A model generated the notes under the pieces. That model ran no database searches and was not told the origin of the DNA. It saw only the letters and a program-made list of their open reading frames with translations. DNA of 64,000 nt from Botryllus schlosseri (Eukaryota): assembly GCA_051294905.1 (NCBI GenBank), contig CM119374.1, positions 17,422,001 through 17,486,000 of the forward strand, written 5' to 3'. Positions within the stretch are counted from its first letter, which is position 1. Each line of letters opens with the position of its first letter. The position numbers were made by a program, and so were the translations under genes. Shown here in pieces: positions 23,901 to 35,900 of the stretch.

Positions 23901-26900
23901 CGTTACTGAGCGACCAACGCGCGACACCCGACCCTTATTTAATTTTGCTTATTACGACATGGTTTGCCGTATTGGTTTCGGTATTGGATCTATATAAATC
24001 TCTTCAGTGTGCCGACAGCTCTCGAGAATAGGCAACTCAAAAATGTACAGCGGATATTGCGAATTTGTTATGAAACCAATTTAACGGAACAAGTGGACAA
24101 TGTACTGTACGTTGATGCAATAATATCTATATGTGTGTCCCAGTCAGCCTACTGCAATGTCGATTTAACCCGCTCGCCATGGCTATGTCGACAATCGTAA
24201 TTCAGCTGGTCGACATCGTGATTCAACGGTCAAAAATCGTCGTGACACCTTCCGTTCAAGTTGAAACGCGAAGAAAAAAAATCGGTCTTGAATCACAACG
24301 TTGCCATCTTGTGATACGGATCGCCAGGTTTAATGATTGATCCGATAAATTATCCTCTTTTACAAAAAAAAACAACAACAACAACATTGACATCGATGTC
24401 TTGATTGCTCGCGTCGGCAAACATTGGTATTGGGTCTGTTTCGCAATATTGGCCTCTAACTATATTTTAAAAATTTAGTCTGCCCTGATTTCAGTTAAAA
24501 TTACAATCGAAACTGCGTCGTCTCGTTCTCTGTGGTAGAAGATTGTGACGCCACTTCAAAAAATAATGAATGTCATCAACTATTGGCGTACCACTAAAAT
24601 AATTCGGCCGCGCGCCTTTTGAAAACAAACCGCGCTTCAATATAGCAACAACAAAAAAACAATATAAATAAATATCACTATAAATTATATGATATATACG
24701 AGTAATTAAATATAACTATTTTGAATGGAATAATTTTGGCCACATAAATGTATGGTATACAATTGAATAATATTTTCGTATAGAAATAAACCCGAATATT
24801 TTCGGCTGACACTCGTCCACGCCATCGATATCTTATTCAATCGTATGCTGAAGCTCTACCTCGTTACATCTGTTGTTTGTTGCGATATTGAAGGTTTTTT
24901 TCTTACCTCCAGAAGCATATCCTATAACTGATGCGGTAATGTCAAGCACCTACTGTGTGTATCGCGACAACGGGTGCGTGCGCATACTAAAATACTTCCC
25001 AACGATGACTCGGCGCGCTGAATAATCTTTGTTACGTCACGCGCTTTCGAATCACACTTGCGAGTTGACCCGATGAATTCCACCCGTTGGAAGCCGTTAG
25101 TACATTTGTGGATATACAAATCGCAGCAAGCCACGACGTTCGTTGCTCTTCTATGACGTAATAGTTACTTCCGCGTGCGTTACCGTGTTTGTCGTTCGCA
25201 GGACAAGGGCAAGTCGCCGCTGTGGCTAGGAATTTGTAACAAAGGGATTTACCAGTACCCGGCCAACGACAAGAGCGCGCCGAATTTGGTGAGTATGGGT
25301 TGTGTTCGTGATTATTATGATGCGAATCCCGTATTCATTTCGCAAGCGTGTCCGAATTCATATCGGAAGCCAACTAAAATTAGCATGACAAGTCTGTCGG
25401 TCTACGAATATCGTTGATTGCAGATTGCACCTTCTGATTTTAACCAAATCTTCTGGTACCCAAGTTTTTGACATTCGAGCATACGTCATATTTTGTAGTA
25501 CGATTGTTGATATACAATGTTCTTTCCGATTCTCTACTAGTTGCTGACGATTACCCCTGACGAGTGTCAGCCGAAAGTATTCGAGTTCATTTCAATATGA
25601 CTTATACTATTCAATTGTACATCGAGGTTCGCTAGGTATTCCGATATTGACTGGGGATTGCGAATCGGCCTTAAGTACAGAGGCAGATCAGGTATCATAA
25701 TAAGAAATATCGGCCTGTGGTGAATGTCCGTAATAGTCGAAACATCATAAATACCTAAACAAAAAAACAGAGATAGCAAGCCGATTGCTGGAGTGCTCCG
25801 ATGGTATTGAAGTACTGTAGCTTTTCCCTAAACATTGGGATACGCCGGTCCGAGTGTGATGCTTATTCGCGTGTTATGTCTCATGCGTGCGCGCTATTCC
25901 ATTAATTCGAGTATGCTATTTCACAAGCGGGGAATTCTTTTTTGCCGGGTCAAGTTCCGCTTTCACGTTGTAATATTAACTCATGGCAAATGAGCGGAAC
26001 GTACTGGATGATATCGTGTATTCATCGTGTTATTATCGGTGGTAATGGAGTGTCCGAAATATTTCTTGTGGACGGAGCTCTCTTGGGTTGGGGCCAATAG
26101 CGTATAGATTCGTTGCTCGAAATTATAGACTCCTATTACTCGAATCTCTGGGCCCAGCCCTGGTCGTGATACGTACCAACGATAGCTTCTCTGACCGCCT
26201 CTGACCGCAACCATGACGCATTGAAACCACCTCGGACACATTGGCGTGTATAATAATGGAGATTTAAAACTCTTCAAATTTCGCAAATTTTCGAAGATAT
26301 TGTGGAATCTGGTTCAAATGAACGATTATTGTATACGCACACCGCGCACCACATTGCTCTTGCCTATGCGTGGCAAGATTTGTGTAGATGTAGTTCTAGA
26401 AAGCCCTCTCATTTCACGTGGAAAGCCAGTCCGGTCCGATTCCTACAAAGTAAAAGTTAATGATTTGCTTCGAAATTGTATCGAGTTAGTCACGTTTTAG
26501 TTATTAGTCGCGAATTTTTAAAGGTCGTTAGTTCCACATTTACCCAGTAGTTTGCGCAAGCCCGAGTTCCACATTTATGGTAGGAGTTAGCGCGGAAATT
26601 TGAGCGTTTAAATAGCACTACGCCGTGTTCGATGGTTTCAGTGTTTTTGAAAGTCATCTCACGCGTTACCGATAGGTCGTCCTTCCTTTGAAACGGGCCT
26701 TTTGGAATCCACTCGGAAGTCTCCCCCTCGGCATCTGCTGTTATTTCAGCTGTGACGCCGTAATGGCCGGGTTTCTGAATAAGCGGCAATCGAACGACTG
26801 TACAGTACAGAAGGGCGACGATTACGGCGTTTCAGCTTTGAGTGACGATTTCGGATTCGTTAGTACAGACTCGACCCGGACTGACTACCATTCTGGATAA

Positions 26901-29900
26901 TTGACGGTCACCTGAACTGCTGTTTTCTTGGGTAGTTCTAGTTCTAGTTGCGGATTTCGAAGAGTGAGTAGTCCCAGTTCTAGTTACGGATTTTAAAAAG
27001 TAAAAACTCTAGTTTAATTCTAGTTTTAGTTGCAGATTCAGGCAAGTGGGTAGTTCTAGTTCTAGTTCTGGTTGCGTATTTCAAAAAGTGAGTACTCTAG
27101 TCTAGGTCTAGTTCTAGTTCTAGTTCTAGTTGCAGATATTGAAAAGTGCGTAGTTCTAGTTCTAGTTGCGGTTTTCGAAAAGTGAGCAATTCTAGTTCAC
27201 ATTTAAAAAAGAATTAGTTGCCGAACACCTAGATAACAGGCGTCTTCGTTTGGCGTGAATCGTGATACCAGTGTTTTGTCGCGTGATGTTCTTGCGGCCA
27301 TTGCTAGCGCAGAGTCGTCACTACTAAGTACTAACAGTGGCGTAACCAAGGGGTTGGGTTATGGGGGGTCGAGACCTCTCCCATTCCAAACTCGAAATCC
27401 ATTCCTTTTGAAATGCGTATTCCATCTCCAATGTTTCTTACATCGTTTGCAATTCAGTTCAGAATCAAGTAGTTGTTATTTAGTCGGTCAGTTGCGGATT
27501 TTTGAAGGTCGTCAGTAGGGCTGGGCAAAATCGAGTACCCAAGTGATTCGATTCTGAATCACGTATAACGCTTCGAGTCGAGTCGAGTAATCGAGTATAG
27601 CTCGTTATGACGTCACAACAGAATGTACTATGTCAAAGTTCAAATATGTACCTTTTATAATACCACAAGGAACAAAATGCCTGCTATCCGTCTCAGTAAA
27701 GATACTTTGGTATTTTTTGACCGTACCGATTTGATTGCACTTCTTGACAATGTTGTGATGTGATCATGACTTCGGAAATGTGTTATTTGCAGTAACGTTC
27801 GTTGCTTTGTACTATGTCTGGTATGCTGCGACACGGCCAATCAAGGTTTGAAGATTTCCACAGTGGAAAATAGTATCAAAACTATAATTATCGTCCGTAA
27901 ATTAACTTTCAGTTGCGGGGAGCCCATAACTTCAGTACTCGAAAAAATCGTCTTTTACTACTCGACTCGAATCATTAAAATTAATACTCGATTCAGATTC
28001 GAGTACTCGAATCATTGTGCCCAGCCCTAGTCGTCAGTCCTAGTTCTATAGTTGCGCGTTTTGAAAAGCGAGTAGTTCTAGTTCTAGCTGTGATTGCGCA
28101 TTCTGAAAATCCAGAAGTTTTGTGCAAATCTTGTCCGGAAGAGTTGTTTAGTGAAGCGAGCGGGATATGCAATCGAGGTCGCGTGATTTTATGGCAAAAT
28201 TTGTGAGGTAACGTCTCGACTGTGACGTAAACACGTCTTCGCGGTTTGGTATTGTTTTAACCCTATCATCGATTTGATACGATGTTCTAACACTGCAGTC
28301 ACCTTACTTAAAGGACAGGTGTCGTGATTTCTAACTGTGAACAGTATATTGAAAATGCTGTACACTCATTTTAGTTGCGTATGTTTTGAATTTTAAAATT
28401 TTTGTCGAGAGATCGTAACTAATGAGATCGGCGCTATTATCATTTGCGATTACAGCTGGGCACAATGATTCTGAATCGACTTTTAATTGTACTGATTCGA
28501 GAGAAGATTTGTTTCGAGTACTCAAATTATACGCCCCATTTCACTACGAGTTACATTATCAACGAGAATTATAGTTTCGATACTTTCTTCCCACAATGGG
28601 AGCCTCGAAATCTCGATAAGCCGTATCACAGCATAAAACTAGCTCAAAGCTACGCGCGTTCGCGGAAACGACATTTCTGCGTGCGAAGTCGTGAGCAACC
28701 CGGAGCATCGTCACAAAGCGCAATGATATAGTATAGTTACTGCCGAAAATATAGCGATTACCTTTAAAGCGATGTATTACTGGCATAAATTATTTGTGGT
28801 CGCAAAAAATATTAGATTTCATCTTTCGGCATCACCCATACTATGATGGATTCATATTGCGCGACTGGTCAACCGAGTGTTCCTGTCATTCAATTTTGTC
28901 CATCCGTAATTATTACTAAAAAGTGGTATTGCAGGAAACTGTCATTTGCGACTCGGTGATATCTAGGACTCTGCGTGGCTTTGCGCGTGCGGCTAACGCT
29001 GGTTATTAACAAAAAGTCGGTCAAACTCCGATTACGTATTGTGCTCTAGTCACGATGACTCCGTGCATTGTAATGCCTGACGCCTCAATGAATTTGTCAT
29101 TGGTTAAGGCGCGCGTAGCGTCTTGATTCCCGGTGTTAGCTATGCCGGGCGTAGATAGATAGAAGTCGTGGCTTGGGCGCGTCTTCCGTGGATGTATTTT
29201 TAGCACTCGCGCTAATATAGGTATTTGACGCGCTTTGTTGTGTTCTTATGGCTCGGGTGTCTTGGCCTTTTGATGAGTCGGCGTCTCAGCCAAAGCAACC
29301 TAATCGTGTATTCACCCTTTACGTGAAATACACTCGAATTCACGCGACTACAGCGAAGGCAGTTGTAGTCGGTATGGAACGGCAGGGTTAGATAGTTATG
29401 TTTGCTAACGCGGGAGAGAGACTGCGATGCGGTTCAGTGGAGCGAAGCGGTCGTCATCTGCGATGCACTCAACCACTATGAATGTTCTTTCATAACATAT
29501 TTAGGCGAATACTGTTCGCTGAGATATCGTAACCGCTAAATTACACGGAATATCGTAGATAGTTCGTGTTTTACGTGTTCGCGCGGTTTATATTTGTCGC
29601 GTCGTAGGCGATTCGTGATCGATTTGATTAGATGTTATGGCGTAATCCGATTTTGAGATCTCGAGAGTTTTATAATCCGTGGGATATCAAACAGATTGAG
29701 TGAAGTCAACGCGTCATGCGCGCAAGAATTTAGGTGCTATTCAGGCTGTCAGCAGGTCTGAGCACATTGATTATAACGTTGACTGCAAGGATTCGAGTCG
29801 GGGAGTATGAGTTTGATTTTTGGGAGTAACTAGACGCCTGTAATGTCTATTTACCGTCTTTACGACATTTCCCCTGCCCTGGAAGCACTGAAACCTCCAT

Positions 29901-32900
29901 TGGCTTTATCACGGTATCGATGACATGCAGCATGCATGAGAATCTGTATGTTCATGTTCATTGTTCATCATTCGATCTTCATGTTAAGGATCGTGTGGTA
30001 TAGCGACATTGTCAACAAATATGAAAACATTCATTTTGCTGAGTCTAACTGGCAATATTTTCATTCCGATGGCACAAAATTCGTGTTTTACAATTCATTC
30101 TGAGTGACTATGTATAAATTATACTTAGTTATACTAAAATTGATTCGGAATAGAAACCGACAGATACCCGATTCTCTCCAGCCTCAGTTATCATAAGGAG
30201 TTTAAAGTTCGTCCACGTGACTCAGCTGAGGTGGCAGGTGGTGGGCACACCGCGTACTGTCATATTTCTCGGTTTACCGCAAAGTGGCATGATAGTTTTG
30301 TATTTCCACAGCGTCGCTAGATAGACAGGTGAATTGGCAGGCGACGAGTTACTTCTCGTTTCAGTAAGCTCGTTTGTGTGCTGTGGAATGTTTCGAGTAC
30401 GATAGCTTTTCCTGTGTCGGGTGTTGTTATTGACGTCATGCGATTGGGGTATACCACGCTGGTATACTTGCGGATTTATCGCTACACGACACGCATTTCA
30501 AATTGCTAGCTAGGAAAAATTTCCTGTAGTGTTCAACTTAACCATTCTTTGAGGATTCCAACCGCCTGGTATGGCACTTTTAATTTAGCTATTTTCGTAC
30601 CGCGCTTACAGTACGGACAGCTTCTTTAGATACGAAGTTTCCGGTAATCAATAAGTTGGCGATATCGAGGTTTAATCTCACGCGTCGCCCCTCGTAGGTG
30701 CCTAGAAATGTGTGCTGCATACAGTGTCATGTTACAATTGAATAGTATATTCATATTGAAGAACTAGCTGATTCGCATACGCATAATACCGCTTGTCGCC
30801 AGATATTTTAACGGTTTTCTGCTCGACGCGTTGTCGAAATTATATTGTCTTACAGCCGAGTTAACGGCGTCTGTCTGTAATCAATTAGTGCACACAGATT
30901 TGGTATTGTCCATCTTGAATTCATTAATTCGGGTCCTCGCTTCGCGCTGTTGACATTATATTTCGGCGAGCAGGGTAACTATCCTCATAGAAGTTGTTAT
31001 AGCTTGTGGAGTTCACCCCAGTATTGAAAGTAAAGTAAGGTCGAAAAATATGAACTGAGCAACAGTGAAATAATTAGGAACACCCCTGTTCGGTTCGTTT
31101 CATACATTCATTAATTCGTGCATCAATCTGTGGCATTGAATTGCCGGTTAATAAATTTCGTTAATTTGTCGAAAGCTCGACGCGACTATGACAACGGAAA
31201 GGATGCCTACAGGTAGTATCTGTAGGGAGGAATATGATGGTTAGCTATCTTCCCTCCACCCAGATGAGTGTTGAGGCGCGCCAAGGTGTTTGAGTATTTG
31301 GTTGTATTAATATACTGATCATAAGCATGTAAAACAGCAATCTATGTTTTATTCTGTTTAACTTAGTTTGTTAATCGTTTAGCTGGAAGGATGGTTAGTT
31401 TGTGCAGAGTAGAAAGGTAATATTATGATCTATGATCTTAGGAGCATAGAAACCGCTAGTGATGTTATTACCACAACCACCACAGTTTTTTATATTCTCT
31501 ACACCGGTAAGTTTCGGTTCGAGGTGGCCGTATTGGCCGGAATGTGACCGCGCCTCGCTTCGTAAATATTTCATACACTCCGCTTTTTAATAACGAGTTG
31601 TGCTCGACGCCCGTTCAAAAGACAAGCAAGCATTCAAACTTACGCAGCCGGCATCGACGGTATTTGTTTTCATATTTATACTGCAATAATAATGCGTCTG
31701 CGTCCGTGATTTGTTGACCTTAGCGAATGTTTCTTAGCACGAGGGCCCTTGGAATGTTTTGCATGAAAACTTGAGATCGCGCGGTAGGGGTGTGTATATC
31801 AGTCGCTTGAGTACAACTCTCGTTCAGGCAAACTTTATCAATTATGAGAGTAGAAATTTGTCGATTTAGTGATACTTAATATACACATAACTTGTTCGTA
31901 GTAGGCCTACTGGATTTTCAAAACGCGCAACTGAAACTAGGAGTAACTCACTAAAACGCAACTCACTAATCAATGATAATACGAATTGATGAATTGCAAA
32001 TGAGCTAAGAAATTTTGGAGATAGAATCGGCACTTCAAAATGACTCAGTTTCGAGTGGGGGGGATTTGGACCCCCAAAATATAGCTCGCCTCAAATATTC
32101 ACCCGGGGTCCTGGCTGTAACTAGCGGATCTTGCGTAACTCGATATATTATATATGTCATTAACGTCTATGTATCAGCTTTGGATATCTAGTGTTGCGCC
32201 GGGCAAATTGGCGACCCGCCCCTATATCCGATTACGGCGTTGTGGTAATCCTGCGTGTGTTGCATTGCGCAAGATAGCAAGCAGCGCTTTCCGCCCCTAA
32301 CCTTGGACCGTAATTGCTGGAATTATATTTATGCATGAACGCATCCGGGGCTTAGCCTCCGAGACGGGAATTCATACCCGGTTATATTATGACGAACAGC
32401 CGCGATTCCGCATCTGCAACGACGCGCGTCCAGTCCAGTTGCAAACTGTTCGGCGTTAACTTACTTTCGAGGTGGCTTCAATTTAGCCTCAAGCACTTGA
32501 CTCGCTCGCTCGTGTGCCTTGAGCGAAGGTATTGTTTTCGCGCGTTCAGTAAGTTCAAGAACTGAGAAGAAGCTGTACTTCGTGCGAGTCTAGACGTTAA
32601 TCTCTCCGTTAAATGCGAGTAAATGCAAGAAATTATGCTGGGATATGTATTCGCGTACATTTTCGCCACTTGTGCAGGAGTTTTATGGGGTAGAAAGTAT
32701 GGCAGACTTTAAATTAGCTGTTATAAAGTTATGGTACTGATGAGTGCGTGCTTTGTTAGCAATAGTATTCGCGTACTATTGTTCATTTCGGCATTGTTTT
32801 CTGTGTTGTGCTCCAGATGTACGAACAATGTCTACTTTGTTGTTAAAATGTTCATCGTACCGGGACTAGGTAATAGGCTTTCTGCTCTAAAACAATTGGA

Positions 32901-35900
32901 TATATTTCTCAAAGAATGTGAAAATAAAACACCACTATGCGAGTGGACGGGAACGAAACCCGAAAAAATATTACTTACGCGTTGGTGCACTCGAAGAAGC
33001 GAAACTTTGTTTTCTACATTGGATGTTAGCTCGTTGCTAGTGCGAAATGTTCGGCAGTATATCCTTATCTTGTGCGTCTATATTGATGCGTTGTACTCAT
33101 TGGATGTTATGTAACGACAGGTGCAAATTGACATGTTTTAACCGATGTCGTGTGTAGCAGCGTAAGTGGTATTTATTGCATGTATCCCTTTCTCTAGCTA
33201 AGTCATAAGGACGGCACCGAGAAAATATGAATTTCATGTTAAGATTGTGCAGTCCGGCGTGCGCTTATCAATATTAATGTATCAATGAGCGATGTTATCA
33301 TCATTCCCGCTCGGAACTTTGTCTGCAAATCGCAATGCGATACGCCTCGAATTGGTACACTTATTAACAGGCGTGTCGCGATTAATTTCTGGCGACCTAC
33401 TGGCCGCGCGATGCGTTTACGAGCGGAGATAATCTAATAAAGCGTGGCTAACTCCTGGATGAGTCTGTTATCGCACCGTATCGCCGACATGCGATTACCC
33501 GTCGGCTAAGACATGTAAATGTAACCGCGAAATTCACCCGGCGGCTATTTCCCAACCGTCGTAGCGCGGCTAAGCGCTAATGAGCTCGATCATCGTAGGC
33601 TATTGTGGAGTCGGGCGTTAGCGCGTACTTTTCCGGCGCGCGTCAACCCGTAGGCCTATCGACAGTGTTGGGTTGCTTTGGTCTGCAGTGTGGACAGTGT
33701 GTGGTTACTATAAAGCACCTGTTGAATCTGGTGTTAGATTACTCTCCCTTTGTGCTGAGGTAGCGTAGCGTCCGTGTAGCTATCTGGGAAGGGCGGTTGT
33801 GAGTTCGGACATGATATTTCCATTGCGATTATCTCTCATTTGTAAGCCTGTGCCTGGGAATGTTGCTAGCTCGGTGTCGTCGATTAATTTCAGACATTCA
33901 GCCCGAAGGCTAGCAGATATGTCACTAAACACAGCGCTTTGATGTAAACAAATTCTTGAGCGATTCAGGAAACGGCGTTTTGTGTCGATTGTTGGCGACA
34001 TAAAGCACCACTTACGGAGTTAGCTTTTTTGTGTGGTGATGGGATAGACTGTCGACGAGTGTCGCACCCCTATTAATCACTGTGGCGGTCATGATGTTTT
34101 AGTGTGGAAAGGATGATTTACTCCCTTGTAAAGGGGACTTGAGAGGTGGTAGTGAAAGTGTTTATTTGTATCCTTGATGGATGTGTACAGTGTCAAATTG
34201 GATTGATATTTCTATGAAGGACTTGTGCCGAATGTGTGCTGAGCTGATACAGGGGGTATTATTATGTACTTGTTAAGGGTTTATTAATGAAAATACTGTT
34301 TCAGTGTTGGTCATGGACTTCTGTTTATCAAGCTCTGCTTCGGTTGGATTAAATCCCTGTGTGGCAGCCATGTTTTAAAGTGACATTTTGAAATTCGAGT
34401 TTAGCGCCTGTTGGCATTTTTAAAGCGCCTTTCTCCCTACTCTGACATGCTTTCACGGATCATGTCCTCAAAAGTATTGTGTGCATATTTTTGAAAGGCT
34501 ATCAGGCGATCATGTTGCAATTTTGAACAATATTGACTTGAATAACACTCATCTCATTTGCTAAATTGGGTGATTTAATGTTATCATTATGGTATCATTA
34601 CTAATCTCCCGGCGTTGTATTTTTAGAAATTCTTGTGGCGTAATCTGCAGAATCTGTTCTTTCGCGAGAAGAAATTCTCTGTGGAAGTCTGTTTCGGACA
34701 CAAAAGGCCGCTGAGCACGGGATCTGGCAGCGGCGCGCCGGAGAAGGCTAAAAAAAGCGAGAGCAATTCGAATCCCCCGAAAACTTATTCTTGGTATGGA
34801 TCGCCTTCTCTTATCAAGTCCATATGGCTGATGGCAATTGCGCAACATCAGTTTTACTGGCACAGAAAGCAGTCTTCAAAGGTAAATTTTGATTATGTGG
34901 ACGCCCGTATAGGCTAGTTTCTGACTCTTGAATAATATAACACCGGTCATGGTGTAGCCAGGATGAAAATGTTGGTAGGAGCAAAATTATTTCTATGATT
35001 GCATGATGTCACGAATATTTTTTTTTGACTTACTGACAGCGAATGATGTCATAATGCCTAGGTCAATACTTGCACCCATGTAGGCCCATCTTGTTAGTTG
35101 CTTAGCCTACTATGTGCTTGAGATGTTTTTGTGATATAGGCCCATTGGTCCACTACTTACACTGCTCAATGTGCTCACGTATATGGAGAAGAGGTGGCCG
35201 TATGTGAATAAGTTTAATCCGAACTAGCAGATAACCTAATCTAAGTTTGGTAACATTTGATGTCTGTGAAATTCCAATTTTATAAAATCATCAATCGAAA
35301 CCAAACGTTACTACCGTTGCACCATTATTTAATTTTCTTGAAATCTATATTTGTGAAAGGGTCGGACCTCCTTTGAATAAACATAGCGATAGCCTGCGTC
35401 CGCGTCAAACATCTATACCGCTATTATGGAAGTAGGCCTATTTTCCCATTATAATTGAGTTTTTGGCTTCTGATCTGATCAACTGTATAAATCAGTGAAA
35501 GGTTAATAATAGTTGCTATGGTACTTACTGCTTTGTATGACCCGACCCAGTTTGAAGATGATGGCAATGACCTATCCGGGATGCAGAATGACAGCCTTTC
35601 AAAGTTCAAATCCATCTCAGAACAATTGATCTTGTCCATAATAATGCTTATTAATGCATACTGTTCCCTGTGGTGATGGTGATGGTATTTCTATTTTCCT
35701 TGGATATAATGTGTGCTTTACTAATATCTATTTCCAGGCAATATCTCAATGTGAGAATTTAGGTTAAACTCAAATATTAATAAGCTAGTTCCAATCATGC
35801 TCATTTATCTATGCCATGGTGAATTTTTGTGTCATTTTGATCATCTATTGAATATGTAATCTCAACAATGCCTACTTTGGCGCACCTATACTGATATCTA

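Noticed and set aside
26930-27230. CRISPR-like or satellite array (also the GACTCGAGTC arrays at 955-1375 and 56906-57411)
   Set aside because: Units are degenerate without unique spacers, the context is eukaryotic, and they are subterminal motifs of MITEs.
33756-33777. let-7-like sequence TGAGGTAG
   Set aside because: Only the seed matches; the remainder differs and no convincing precursor hairpin is present.
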